From: Scyliorhinus canicula
Lineage: Eukaryota
DNA length: 64,000 bases
Direction of reading: 5' to 3'
NCBI RefSeq assembly: GCF_902713615.1
Contig: NC_052170.1
Location: 9,348,744 to 9,412,743, forward strand
A model generated the notes under the pieces. The model saw only the letters and a program-made list of their open reading frames with translations. It did not search any database and was not told the DNA's origin. Below are positions 1-11,934 of this stretch, one piece after another (position 1 is the stretch's first letter; every line of letters begins with the position of its first letter). The position numbers and the translations under genes are program-made.

Positions 1-325
1 ATCAGGTAAGGATGGAAGATTTCCTTCCCTTAGTGAAGCAGACAGGTTTTTAATGACAACAACCATAGTTTCAAAGTCACCATGACGGAGACCAGCTCTG
101 GATGGCGGCTGCCGAATTTGATAAAATAAAAACAAATTATAAACCTTGAACACACTTAGAAAACCCAAATAATACTCAAGTGTAACTGAAATATTGTTTT
201 AGAAATGCTCAAACTGCTGAAATCACAGACTCCCACTGGGACACATTTCCACGGGAAGTGATTGCTCTCTTCTTTTGCGCTTACTGGACTGAGAAGCGTA
301 TCACAGATAGCTCCAGTCCGTCTCC

Positions 326-1997
326 TTTTAGTAAGGCGTTTGAGAAGGTTCCCCATGGTCGGCTCATGAAGAAAATAAGGAGGTGTGGGACAGAGGGAAA
401 TTTGGTCAATTGGATTAGTAACTGGCTATCACATAGAAGACAGAGGTGGTGGATGAAAAATTTTCAGACTAGAGACCAGTTACCAGCGGTGTACCACAGG
501 GATCAGTGCTGGGTCCTCTGCTATTTGTGATTTTTATCAATGACTTGGAGGAGGGGGCTGAAGGGTGGGTCAGTAAATTTGCTGATGACACCAAGATTGG
601 TGGAGTAGTGGATGAGGTGGAGGGCTGTTGTAGGCTACAAAGAGACATTGATAGGATGCAGAGCTGGGCCGAAAAATGGCAGATGGAGTTTAACCCTGAT
701 AAGTGCGAGGTGATTCATTTTGGTAGAAAAAAATTGAATGGGGATTACAGGGTCAATGACAGGGTTCTGAGGAATGTGGAGGAACAGAGAGATCTTGGGG
801 TTTATATCCACAGATAGAACATAGAACATAGAACACTACAGCGCAGTACGGGCCCTTCGGCCCTCGATGTTGCGCCGACCTGTGAAACCATCTGAAGCCT
901 ATCTGACCTACACTATTCCATTTTCATCCATATGTCTATCCAGTGACCACTTAAATGCCCTTAAAGTTGGCGAGTCTACTACTATTGCAGGCAGGGCGTT
1001 CCACACCCCGACTACTCTCTGAGTAAAGAAACTGCCTCTGACATCTGTCCTATATCTCTCACCCCTCAATTTAAAGCTATGTCCCCTCGTGTTGGTCATC
1101 ACCATCCGAGGAAAAAGACTCTCACTGTCCACCCTATCTAACCCTCTGACTATCTTATATGTCTCTATTAAGTCACCTCTCAGCCTTCTCCTCTCTAACG
1201 AAAACAACCTCAATTCCCTGAGCCTTTCCTCGTAAGACCTTCCCTCCATACCAGGCAACATCCTAGTAAATCTCCTCTGAACCCTTTCCAAAGCTTCCAC
1301 ATCCTTCCTATAATGTGGTGACCAGAACTGCACGCAGATCTCTGAAGGTTGCCGGACAGAGCCGTGAAGAAGGCTTATAGTGAGTTACCGTTTATTAACA
1401 GGGGGCTCGAGTTTAAGAGCCACGGGGTTATGCTGCAATTATACATGACTCTGGTGAGACCACATTTGGAGTATTGTGTGCAGTTCTGGTCACCTCATTA
1501 TAGGAAGGATGTGGAAGCATTGGAAAGGTTGCAAAGGAGATTTACCAGGATGCTGCCTGGTTTGCAGGATAGGTCTTATGAGGAAAGGTTGAGGGAGCTA
1601 GGGCTTTTCTCTTTGGAGCAGAGGAGTATGAGAGGCGACTTAATAGAGGTTTATAAGATGATGAGGGGGATAGATAGAGTGGACGTTCAGAGACTATTTC
1701 CTCGGGTGGATGTAGCTGTTACAAGGGGGCATAACTATAAGATTCAGGGTGGGAGATATAGGAGGGATGTCGGAGGTAGGTTATTTACTCAGAGAGTGGT
1801 TAGGGTGTGGAATGGATTGCCTGCTGCCTGATAATGGAGTCGGACACTTTAGGAACTTTCAAGCGGTTACTGGATAGGCCCATGGAGGACACCAGAATGA
1901 CAGGGAGTGGGATAGCTCGATCTTGGTTTCGGACAATGCTCGGCACAAGATCGAGGGCCGAAGGGCCTGTTCTGTGCTGTACTGTTCTATGTTCTAT
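326..1997 (+). mobile_element. 5'-truncated CR1-clade LINE (RT C-terminal half and 3' tail), interrupted by a nested antisense CR1 at 816-1334
   Basis: FSKAFEKVPH, SVLGPLLFVIFINDL and KFADDTK motifs across frameshifted ORFs 258-817 and 1349-1831; tail gggccgaagggcctgttctgtgctgtactgttctatgttctat. Confidence 0.92.
816..1334 (-). mobile_element. Nested 5'-truncated CR1 LINE 3' end
   Basis: ORF 908-1333 (QFWSPHYRKD...GSFFTQRVVGVWNALP); (TTCTATG)n-type tail; CAGAT TSD at 811-815 and 1335-1339. Confidence 0.92.
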
Positions 1998-2179
1998 TTA
2001 GCAAGGCTCCAACAAAAAACCTTGCACTGGGTGCAATGGGAGGCAGCAAAAGGCACTACACAAATGCAAAAAGGGTTTGTTTTCTACCCTCCCCACCCAA
2101 CAATTTAAAATGCATTTCGCCGGGTGCAAAAGGGAGGAGGAGGCGACAGGCGCTATATCAATGCAAAAGGCTCTTATTG

Positions 2180-2860
2180 TTAACCCCCGCGGCCCGACTG
2201 ACCTGGTGCAGCGCTGCGGGCGGCGGCAGCGCGAGCAGCAAACCCGGGCCCGGCTCCGGGGAACCGCCGCCAACGGCCGAGTCATTCAGCAGCGACACGT
2301 CGTCGCCCGCCTGCGACTTGAAGCAGTTGCCCATATTTTTTAAAAAATATAAATAAACATATATATATATTTTTTTGTTTTGTTTAGAAACACACACGTG
2401 CCGTGATCACTATTTGTTTTTTTTGCCGCATCGGTTCGGACGGCCAGCTCGCGCGGCCCTCCTCCGCCATCTTCCCTCCCCGACCTCTCTCACTAACCTG
2501 ACGGCTGATTTGACGGACGTCGGGCTCGGACCAATCGCCGGTTGGAGGCTGCCGCGGAAGGGGGCGGGTCGAAAGTCAGGGTTGGCTGGAAGGACGGGAG
2601 GGCGGGGCGGTAGACGCCTGGGTACACCCGAACTTGCTCGGTGCGTTTGATGGACGGGCTGGGCTGGTCTCGCAAAGTGGGGCGGGGCCGGACTGGGAGG
2701 AGCAAGGGGGGGGGTGCGGGGGAGGGGGTGCGGGAGGACGTCAGATTGACAGTGACGCCAGCCATTCACGGGCCGTCGTCGGCCCGGCCAATCAGAGGCG
2801 GGGAAAGGCGAGACCAAGTCAGGGCGTGGCCTGGTCGTTGGTGATGTCCTCAATTGGCAA
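2180..2860 (-). promoter_or_regulatory. CpG island / promoter of the RNF11-like gene
   Basis: High GC and CpG; CCAAT at 2531 and ~2788; several GGGCGG boxes; CGGAAG ETS core ~2555; GACGTCA CRE-like site ~2737. Confidence 0.75.
2203..2334 (-). CDS. Coding exon 1 of an RNF11-like RING finger E3 ligase paralog; remaining exons lie beyond the left edge
   Basis: MGNCFKSQAGDDVSLLNDS...PPPAALHQ resembles the RNF11 N-terminus MGNCLKSPTSDDISLLHES; ends in phase 0 at donor CAG|gtcagt; sits in a CpG island. Confidence 0.8.
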
Positions 2861-3224
2861 CAGTGGGCTTGTGCCTGGTTCAATACTGTGCCCATTGCAG
2901 TGAGGGAGACCAGGCTGTCACTCTGCTTATGGCACTGACACATATTTGCATATGGGGGCGGGAGGGGGGGGGGGAGATGGTAATGTCTTTTAAAAAAAAT
3001 ATTTAGAGTATGCAATTATTTTTTCCAATTGAAGGACCAATTTCTTCCCCACAACTACCAGACTCCTCAACGACTCCCCCTCGGGCTGATCTGTTCCCTG
3101 TAAGAAATGAAAATGAAAATCGCTTATTGTCACAAGTAGGCTTCAAAGGAAGTTACTGTGAAAAGTCCCTAGTCGCCACATTCCGGCGCCTGTTTGGGGA
3201 GGCTGGTACGGGAAGTTCCAGAAC

Positions 3225-3445
3225 ACTTTACGCGGCCCAATGCTGCTCTTCCTCATGTATTTGCTTTGTGTTGCCCCTTGTTCCGCACTGTCACCACTGT
3301 TTGCCAATGTACCATTTGTCAATGGACTGTCGATTATTCTTTTTTGTCTACTATGTACGGACTGTGTACGTTCCCTTGGCTGCAGAAAAATACTTTTCAC
3401 TGTATCTCGGTACACGTGACAATAAATCAAATCAAAATCAAATCA
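3225..3445 (+). mobile_element. Rex/Babar LINE 3' end fragment, nested in a split SINE (2985-3622)
   Basis: tacttttcactgtatctcggtacacgtgacaataaa(tcaaa)n matches the tail of the 44121-46024 element. Confidence 0.7.
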
Positions 3446-3825
3446 ATTTAGCATGGCCAATCCACCTACCCTGCACATCTTTTGGGTTGTGGGGTTGAGA
3501 CCCACACAGACACGGAGAGAATGTGCAAACTCCACACAGACAGTGACCCGCGGCCGGGATCGAACCTGGGTCCTTGGCGCCCTGAGGCAGCAATGCTAAC
3601 CACTGTGCCACCATGCTGCCCTAGGCGTCGCAGGTTCATATCCCATCAATGCAACCGGTGGAATTTGAATTTGGTGAATAAATCCGAAATATAAAGCCAG
3701 TCTCAGTTATAGTGACCATCGGGTGTTGCAAGGACCCGTCCGATTCTTGAATGACCTTTCGGGAAGGAAATCTGGCCCCTCCACTGGGTTTGGCCTCCAC
3801 GTGGCTCTGGACCCTTCAACACCTG

Positions 3826-4013
3826 AAAATGAAATGAAAAATGAAAATCGCTTATTGTCACGAGTAGGCTTCAATGAAGTTACTGTGAAAAGCCCCTAGT
3901 CGCCACATTCCGGCGCCTGTCCGGGGAGGCTGGTACGGGAATCGAACCGTGCTGCTGGCCTGCTTGGTCTGCTTTAAAAGCCAGCGATTTAGCTCAGTGA
4001 GCTAAACCAGCCT
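3826..4013 (-). mobile_element. Short young tRNA-headed SINE with (TTTCA)n tail
   Basis: Near-identical to 50487-50675 and similar to 32998-33178 and 40609-40782; A-box-like tggtttagctcactg and B box ggttcgattccc. Confidence 0.85.
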
Positions 4014-4304
4014 CTACCGCAATGAGGGGCAGAAGATGCATGGAACACTAACACTTGCTCCTGTCCCAGCCACACATCACCCCGACTTGGAACCATAATC
4101 GCCGTTCCATCACTGCCACTGTCAAAATCCTGGAACTCCCTCCCTAACTGCGCTGTGGTCTTCCTGTGCCACATGGACTGCAGCAGTTCAAGCGATCCAC
4201 CTACAGGGTAGTTAGGGATGGCAAACAGGTGCTGGCCAAGCCATCAGCTCCCAAGTTCTGTGAAATAATTAATCGAGACCCACAGAAATGTGGTTAATTA
4301 CTTA

Positions 4305-4660
4305 GGGCAGCACGGTAGCATTGTGGATAGCACAATTGCTTCACAGCTCCAGGGTCCCAGGTTCGATTCCGGCTTGGGTCACTGTCTGTGCGGTGTCTGC
4401 ACATCCTCCCAGTGTGTGCGTGGGTTTCATCCGGGTGCTCCGGTTTCCTCCCACAGTCCAAAGATGTGCAGGTTAGGTGGATTGGCCATGATAAATTGCC
4501 CTTAGTGTCCAAAATTGCCCTTAATGTTGGGTGGGGTTACTGGGTTATGGGGATAGGGTGGAGGTGTTGACCTTGGGTAGGGTGCTCTTTCCAAGAGCCG
4601 GTGCAGACTCGATGGGCCGAATGGCCTCCTTCTGCACTGTAAATTCTATGATAATCTATT
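4305..4660 (+). mobile_element. Full-length HE1-type tRNA-derived SINE with CR1-like tail
   Basis: gggcagcacggtagc head, B box ggttcgattcc, central tgcgtgggtttc...ggattggccatg core, tail gatgggccgaatggcctccttctgcactgt...ctatga. Confidence 0.85.
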
Positions 4661-4906
4661 AAGAGCAACAAATGCTGGCCTTGCCAACAATGTACATGTC
4701 ACATGAAAGAATAAAGAAAAAAAATAAAAATTGGCATAAGAATTAGGAGTGTCAGGAGTAAAACCTTATTCCTAACCAGAAGGGCAAATGTTTGCAGCGT
4801 TAAGTGGAAAGAACAAGGGAATGCAATTAATTGGATAGGTCCGCCAAAGGCTTCTGTAACAGTTAACTAAACTTCAGATGTTTTCTATAAAACTTAGTGC
4901 ATGAGT

Positions 4907-5965
4907 GGGCAGCACGGTGGCGCAGTGGGTTAGCACTGCAGCCTAACGGCGCTGAGGTCCCAGGTTCGATCCCGGCTCTGGGTCACTGTCCGTGTGGAGT
5001 TTGCACATTTTCCCCGTGTTTGCGTGGGTTTCGCCCCCAAAACCCAAAGATGTGCCGGGTAGGTGGATTGGCCATGTTAAATTGCCCCTTAATTGGAAAA
5101 ATTGCCTTCCTTACTTGGTCCAGTCTGGCCTACATGTGAGTCCAGAGCTACTGCAATGTCGTTGACTCTTAAATGTTCTGTGCAACCTACTCAGTTCAGA
5201 GCAATTATAATAAGTAGGCTTACATTAACACTGCAATGTAGTTACTGTGAAAATCACTGAGTCTCCACATTCCGGGCCTATTCGGGAGCACTTTGTTTTT
5301 AAATTTTAGAGTACCCAATTATTTTTTTCTCCAATTAAGGTGCAATTTAGCGTGGGCCTACCCTGCACACCTTTGGGGTGTGGGGGTGAGACCCACGCAA
5401 ACACGGGGACAAAGTGCAAACTCCACACGGACAGCGACCCAGGGCCGGGATTCGAACCCGGTCCTCAGCGCCACAGTCCCAGTGCTAACCACAGCGCCAC
5501 ATGCCGCCTTTGTTCGGGTATACTGAGGGGGAATTCAGAATGGCCAATTCACCTGACAGCACGACTTTCAAGACATGTGGGAGGAAACCGGAGGAAAGCC
5601 ACGCAGACATGGGGAAAACGTGCAGACTCCGCACAGACAGTGACCCAAGCCGGGAATCGAACCCGGGTCCCTGGTTGCTGTGAAGCAACAGTGCTAACCA
5701 CTGTGCTACCCTAAGGGATGGTCAATAAATGCTGGCCAGGGGCAGCACGGTGGCGCAGTGGGTTAGCCCTGCTGCCTCACGGCGCCGAGGTCCCAGGTTC
5801 AAACCCAGCTCTGGGTCACTGTCCGTGTGGAGTTTGCACCTTCTCCCCGTGTTTGCGTGGGTTTCGCCCCCACAATCCAAAAGATGTGCAGGATCGGTGG
5901 ATTGGCCACGCTAAATTGCCCCTTAATTGGAAAACATGAATTGGGTAGTCTAAATGTATTTGAAA
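4907..5965. mobile_element. Cluster of HE1-type SINEs: 4907-5100 (+); 5210-5712 (-) with nested 5293-5507 (-); 5739-5965 (+)
   Basis: Repeated ggcagcacggtggcgcagtgg / gggtcactgtccgtgtggagtttgcac / ggattggccacgctaaattgcccc blocks. Confidence 0.8.
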
Positions 5966-6762
5966 AAAGGAGCAGATTTATCAGAGCCAAATGGAAGCAG
6001 CGTCATTCACAGATTATTCCTTCCAAACAAGACCCTCACTCCCACCACCCTTTGTGTGGACGCCTATTGAATAGCGAGGGGTAGTTTGAGAATATAAATA
6101 CAGCATTCTAAGCTGAAATGTGGGATGGATTGCTGGCCACCACATCAGCAAGATTGAAATCCCTTATTCTGGTATCCGTCAACACCAAGTTAGTTTCCCA
6201 TGTGAGCTCTTTGAGAGAATGAACTTGCTTTCCAACATTTTCTATTGTTCACATAATGCAGGACTCTGTGCTGGATTAGTGACCACTTATCGTGTCCCAA
6301 CGATCTGGGACTGTGCTGTGTTTAGCTTTTTCCTAATGCAAGTTGAGATGTTTTTTTTGGGGGTGGCCAGAAAGTGTGCTGCCCCAAGTTGCACCACAAT
6401 GCAGCAAATAGGCTGGTCATTTATCTGGGGCTTGCTGCACGTGGGAGGGATCGTGCTGTGTTTAAGATGCCTACTGCTACATTTACTTCTAACATTAGCA
6501 GCTGCGCTTCTAGGTCACAGCCATCGTGCTGACCGTAAAATATCCATGCGGGGCTGGGAAATTATGAAACTTTGTAAAGGATGTTACACAATGAGGAAGT
6601 TGCATTAACACTGTACTTTTTTCAAACAAGGAAGAGCTCTTGCGCAAATGTTCAAGCCCAGGCTATTCCAAACGCAGGGGCATCAGAGTTTGTCCATATC
6701 TTTGCCATTGCTTGCTGTCCACTTGGGTGGGGAGGGGGTGGCAAGGGACAATGATCAGAGGC

Positions 6763-6944
6763 AGGTAGGGTGGCACGGTGGCGCAGTGGTTAGCACCGCT
6801 GCCCCACGGCGCCGAGGACCCAGTTTCGATCCGGGTCTCACCCCCCACGACCCAAAAAGATGTGCAGGGTCGGTGGATTGGCCATGCTAAATTGCCCCTT
6901 AATTGGGAAAAAAAATTAGGTACTCTAAATTTACATTTTTAAAA
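6763..6944 (+). mobile_element. Short A/T-tailed HE1-type SINE with 13-bp TSD
   Basis: AATGATCAGAGGC at 6750-6762 and 6945-6957. Confidence 0.8.
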
Positions 6945-7084
6945 AATGATCAGAGGCTGGAGCTCAAGGAACAAAATACTGCGGATTATGGAGAAAATCT
7001 GAAATAAGAATAAGAAATTCTGCAACTACTGGGCAGGTCTGGGAGCTGACAGGCAAGGAAACACGAGCTTCATATTTCAGGAGA

Positions 7085-7440
7085 CGGTGGAGTTATTGTC
7101 ACTGAGTTAGTAACCCAGAGACTCAGGGTAACGCTCTGGGGAGCCGGGTAAGAATCCCACCACTGCAAATAGTGAAATTTGAATTCAACAAAAGGCTGGA
7201 ATTAAAAGACTAATGATGATCAGGAACCCATTATCGGAAAAACCCATCTGGTTCACCTTTCGGGCAGGAAATCTGCCGCCCTTATTCTGTCTGGCCTACA
7301 TGTGACTCCAGGCCCACAGCAATGTAGCTGACTCTTAACTGACCCCCCAAAATGGCCTAGCAAGCCAGTCAGTTCAGGGGCAATTAAAGATGGGCAATGA
7401 ATACTGGCCCAGCCAATGACGCCCACATGAATTAATTTAA
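7085..7440 (+). mobile_element. Older SINE-like repeat; related copies near 19680-19870, 21240-21580, 46310-47000 and 62270-62610
   Basis: Recurrent ggaaggaaatctgcc...ggcctacatgtgactccag...caagggcaattagggatgggcaa blocks; tail shared with the LINE at 31020-32320. Confidence 0.65.
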
Positions 7441-7479
7441 AAAAAGAAAATAGGAAAATAACTGCTAGTGGTGTTCTTA

Positions 7480-7947
7480 AGATATAGAGGGGATGTCAGA
7501 GGTAGTTCTTTACCCAGAGAGTGGTGGGGGCATGGAATGCACTGCCTGTGGAAGTAGTTGAGTCGGAAAAGTTAGGGACCTTCAAGTGGTTATTGGATAG
7601 ATACATGGATTAGGGTAGAATAATGGAGTATAGGTTAACTTCTTCTTAAGGGCAGCACGGTAGCATTGTGGATAGCACAATTGTTTCACAGCTCCAGGGT
7701 CCCAAGTTCGATTTCGACTTGGGTCACTGTCTGTGTGGAGTCTGCACATCCTCCACATGTGTGCGTGGGTTTCCTCCGGGTACTCCGGTTTCCTCTCACA
7801 GTCCAAAAGATGTGCAGGTTGGGTGGATTGGCCATGAAAAATTGCCCTTAATGTCCAAAATTCTATGATTAACCTAGGACAAAAGTTCAGCGCAACATCG
7901 TGGGCCGAAGGGCCTGTTCTGTGCTGTATTTCTCTATCTATCTATCT
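7480..7947 (+). mobile_element. 5'-truncated copy of the SINE-carrying CR1 subfamily (SINE at 7650-7868)
   Basis: ORF2 end, TAG at 7611, TTAA-SINE-TTAA, CR1 tail and (TCTA)n; same structure as 53841-54300. Confidence 0.9.
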
Positions 7948-8279
7948 AAACGAGTACGGAAGCAGTGGGGGAGGGGGGTAAAAGAAAGTGGTACAACTGT
8001 GATAGGGTGGAAGGCAGGGGAGGTTAAATGACTGAAGGAATGATAGTGCAAGAGATGGTGATGGGACAAGAAACCACAAAGATGGATCAAAGAGATTCTC
8101 TCCAAAAAGGTTGCCCATTAGTGTCCAAAGTTGTGCAGGTTAGGTGGATTGGCCAAGATCGATGCCTGAGGTTAAGGGGATAGGGTGGGTGAGTGGGCTT
8201 GGTAGAATGACCTTTCGGAGGGTCAGTACAGACTCGATGGGACGAATGGCCTCCTTCTGCACTGGAGGAATCCCATGGA

Positions 8280-8795
8280 TTCTATGGAGATGAAGTGGGC
8301 TGTGTCTAGGTTCATCCCAAGCAGCTCCGTGGTGCTCTCTCTACAGGCTACTCCCAGGGATGCACATCAAAACAAATATCAGCTGTGGCTGGAGGATCGA
8401 CAACTCAGTGAAAGAAGCTTTGGTGGGCCCGAGACAGTTTGGTCTTCCAGTGCAAAGAGTTATCCCCGGCCGAGTGTTGCAGACTGGAAAATCCAAAGCC
8501 AGGACTAGGTGCACTAAAGCTTGGGGCATTGGGGAAAAGGGCATTGGGGAATGATCACTGTCTAAGACTGAGCTGAGGGAAAGTTTATTCCATAGAACCC
8601 CATCGATCCATACGACTCAGGTTGAATGGAGAGAGCGGACATTACATGCATCACAATATTGAAGCATCCCAGAGTGCAACATGATGAATGTGGAAAACAT
8701 GACTAATATTGCGCTTTGTGTGACGGCCATTTTGAAGTGTTTGTAATGCTCTCTCAGATGTTTTATGAATAAAGTGTATTTTTGCAAAAAGAAAT
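8280..8795 (+). mobile_element. Degenerate Tx1/L1-clade LINE 3' end
   Basis: Frameshifted peptides SRFIPSSSV / TNISCGWRIDNSVKEAL resemble a Tx1-type ORF2 C-terminus; AATAAA then A-rich end ~8768-8792. Confidence 0.5.
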
Positions 8796-8883
8796 CAACA
8801 GCACCGGCTCGGTCCGCTTTTCTGGCTGGGCTGAATTTGGGACCCGCATCCTCGCCCGACCCAATGGTGAAGAGCCTGTCGGA

Positions 8884-8982
8884 TCTGCGTTGTCGTGCGT
8901 CCTGAAGGCTGCCTTGGAGAACGCTTACCCGAAGATCAGAGGCTGAATGCCCTTGACTGCTGAAGGGTTCCCCAACTGGAAG
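8884..8982 (-). mobile_element. Penelope-like fragment, inverted relative to 9547-9644
   Basis: Reverse complement aligns to 9547-9644 with about 8 mismatches; encodes PVGEPFSSQGHSASDLRVSVLQG. Confidence 0.7.
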
Positions 8983-9509
8983 ATCACTGGCCTTCACACA
9001 GAGAAGTGAGAGTGAAGCACTGACACGCGACTGGGGGTGAGGGTGAAGGAGGTCCGTGCATGGCCGAGTCGGAATTCACAAACTGCCAAGAGGTCACGGA
9101 GCCGTTAACCTCGCCCTAAAACATGGCAGATGCAGCTGAACATTAGACAAGTGAATTACCTGTGGCAGCAGGCAGGACTAAAATGTTTGAAATCATTCAG
9201 ACTTGAGAATGACCTTTCAACTCATTCCCTCCAAACATTGATGATGGTTTGTTCTTGGCTTTACACCAGGTCAGATACAGTGCTGCTCTTTGGCCCCAGA
9301 GAGTAAGACAACCCGTTCAAGTGGAGCACCAGACCTCATGCAAAATGTTTTGAGTTTGACAGGGGATTGACACGTGTTTAAATTTCCCCTCTCCAGCTAA
9401 CACTCCAAATGAAACCGAGGACGGTGGAATTTCTTGCAGGCACGCTGAGCATTCGCACAATAAATTTCAGAGGTGAGCTTTAAGCCAGAATGACAAATAC
9501 TTATCAGCG

Positions 9510-10000
9510 ATTGAGTCAGGGACAATCGCCGGGCAGGAATGTTCCCTTCCAGTCGGGGAACACTTCAGCAGTCAAGGGCATTCGGCCTCTGATCTCCGGG
9601 TAAGCGTTCTCCAAGGCGGCCTTCAGGAGGCGCGACAGCGCAGAATCGCCGAGCAGAAACCGGTAGCCAAGTTCCGCATGCATGAGTACGGCCCAACCGG
9701 GACCGTGGGTTCATGTCGCACTACATTCACCCCCCAGCATCTGGTCTGTGCTTGCGAAATCCTAACAACTGTCCTGGCTTGAAGCAAAGACTTAACTACC
9801 TGCAAAGACTCGCCTTCAAAGTATCATCTTGCATCATTGACTTTGTCTATATATGTGTTTGTGGAACCTATTTCTTCACTCACGTGAAAGAGCTGCGCTC
9901 TGAAAGCGAGTGATTCAAAACAAACCTGTTGGACTTTAACATGGTGTTGTAAGACTTCTTACTTGCCCACCCCAGTCCAATGCCGGCATCTCCACATCCT
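9510..10000 (+). mobile_element. Penelope-like element 3' end (GIY-YIG endonuclease C-terminus and pLTR)
   Basis: PVGEHFSSQGHSASDLRVSVLQGGLQ...RIAEQK...KFRMHEYG, typical of a PLE endonuclease C-terminus; degenerate gagctgcgctc-tgaaagc motif ~9890-9908. Confidence 0.65.
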
Positions 10001-10009
10001 GACTACCAA

Positions 10010-10440
10010 TAAAATCATGGCTGATGTTTGCGTTTCAAATTCCATATATTATCTAACCCCCCCCCCTCAATAACCTTTGATTCCAATGCCTAACAGGAAT
10101 CTATGTACCCCCGCCTTAAAAACAGTCACTGACCCCGCCTCCACCGTCTTCCGAGGCCACGAGTTCCAAAGCTGCACAACCCTATGAGAAATAAATTCTC
10201 CTCGTCTCAGTCCTAAAAGGGCTGACCCCCTAATTTTAAACCACTGACCCCTCGTTCTAGACGCACCCACAAAAGGAAACACTCTTTCCACGCACCCACC
10301 TCGTCAATACCATTGAGGATTTGTGTTGTGCAACCAAGTCACCCCCTCACTCTTCTAAACTCCAGTGGACTCAAGCCCAGCCTGTCCAACCCGTCCTCAC
10401 AAGACAGCCTGCTCCTTCCAGGTACCAATCTAGTAAATCA
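10010..10440 (-). mobile_element. Old CR1 3' fragment
   Basis: ORF 10067-10291 (FPFVGASRTRG...RVVQLWNSWP...FKAGVHRFL). Confidence 0.75.
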
Positions 10441-10480
10441 ATGTGCTCATACTTGTACTAATGTTCTAACATTACCTTTT

Positions 10481-10655
10481 TAAAAATAAAATTTTTTTAT
10501 TTTTTTATTTAGAGTACCCAATAATTTTTTTTCCCAATTAAGGGGCCATTTAGCCTGGCCAATCCACCTACCCTGCACATTTTTGGGTTGTGGGGGCGAA
10601 ACCCACGCAGACACGGGGAGAATGTGCAAACTCCACACGGACAGTGACCCAGGGC
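10481..10655 (-). mobile_element. 5'-truncated A/T-tailed SINE with 15-bp TSD
   Basis: CTAACATTACCTTTT at 10466-10480 and 10656-10670. Confidence 0.85.
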
Positions 10656-10814
10656 CTAACATTACCTTTTACGTAAGATGAGCAATGGCATTTGGGGGAG
10701 GCGGGGATAAACTTCCAATTTATACGGTTTCTGTGGAAAGTGCTTTAATCAAAATTTGGACTCGAGCAGGCAATGATATTGATGGGGCACAGGTACCATT
10801 TTGAAAATTAAATT

Positions 10815-11236
10815 GCAGAATGTGGGCGTCACTGGCTAGGCCAGCATTTATTGCCAGTCTCTAGTTGCCCTCGAGTTGTCTTCTTGAACAGCTACAATCC
10901 TAAAAGTGTAGGTTTGGCGGGGCGGGGGGGATGGCGACATATTTCCAAGTCAGGGTGGAGAGTGACCTGGGAGAGAGACCTCTCAGGTGGTGGGGTTCCT
11001 AGGTATCTGCCATCCTTGCCCGTCGAGATGGTAGTGGTCATGGGTTTAGAAGATGCTGACGAAGGAGACTTGGTGAGTTCCTGCAGGGCATCAGATAGCT
11101 GGTACACTTGGCTGTCACAGTTTGCCAGTGGTGGAGGGAGTGAATGTTTGTGGAAGGGGGAGCAATTGAGCAGGCTGCTTTGGCCTGATTGGTGTTGAGC
11201 TTCTCAAGTGTTGTTGGAGCTGCGCTCATCCAGGCA
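10815..11236 (-). mobile_element. 3' fragment of the LINE family at 31020-32320
   Basis: Shared peptide AWMSAAPTTL...NIHSLHH and tail aataaatgctggcctagccagtgacgcccaca. Confidence 0.7.
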
Positions 11237-11934
11237 TTCTTGCATTGTGGAATTAATAGCCCCAAAACATTGTTTCACAAGGCACTATTTGCCTTCCTTC
11301 AGCTTACTTGCGTACTGGTCCCTCGAATGCCACGGAACATAATTAAGCACAATTTCCCCTCGTCAATTAAACCTCTGCATAACAAAGGCTTCACGTCCAT
11401 CTTTTTGAATGGACAGGGCTAGACTCAATCAGCTTACCGATCTTTTCCATTCTAACATCAGCCAGCTACACTCTCAAGATCGGCCTTCAGAACTCGCAGG
11501 AAACAAACCTGGTCTGCCAGTGACTTTGCAACATTCTGAAGCCCTCAACGAGGAAGAATGTTCCTTTGAAGGAAGGCACTTTTTCCTGGATTACGAAGCG
11601 TACCACAATTTGCAGAGTCACCAGATTGCAATTGGTTACACAATCGGAGCACAGTACATTAATGTTTTTTTGATGAAGTAACAGAGAAGGCTGACGAAGG
11701 GAAAGGAATGGATGTTGTCAAACGCTTGACCAAGTGCCACATGATAGGCTTGCTAATAAAATTGAGGTTTGTGGAAAAGGAGTGTCAGCGTCAGCTTGGA
11801 TAAAAAAATTGACTCGAGAACAGAAATCACGAGATGTGGTAAATGGTTATTTTTCAGACTTGGGGAGCGTAGACAGTAGTGTTCCCCAAGAGTTCTCTCA
11901 GACGACTACTTGTAACATTTCTACACTTAAGCAC

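Noticed and set aside
2036-3015. Overlapping GC-rich ORFs up to 201 aa
   Set aside because: Stop-poor CpG island; only the RNF11-like segment has homology and a splice donor.
4305-4380. tRNA-like A/B boxes read as tRNA genes
   Set aside because: These are SINE heads running into core and tail sequence; no complete cloverleaf is evident.
6120-6608. 162-aa plus-strand ORF in unique sequence
   Set aside because: Non-ATG start, no recognisable domain and no supporting exon structure.
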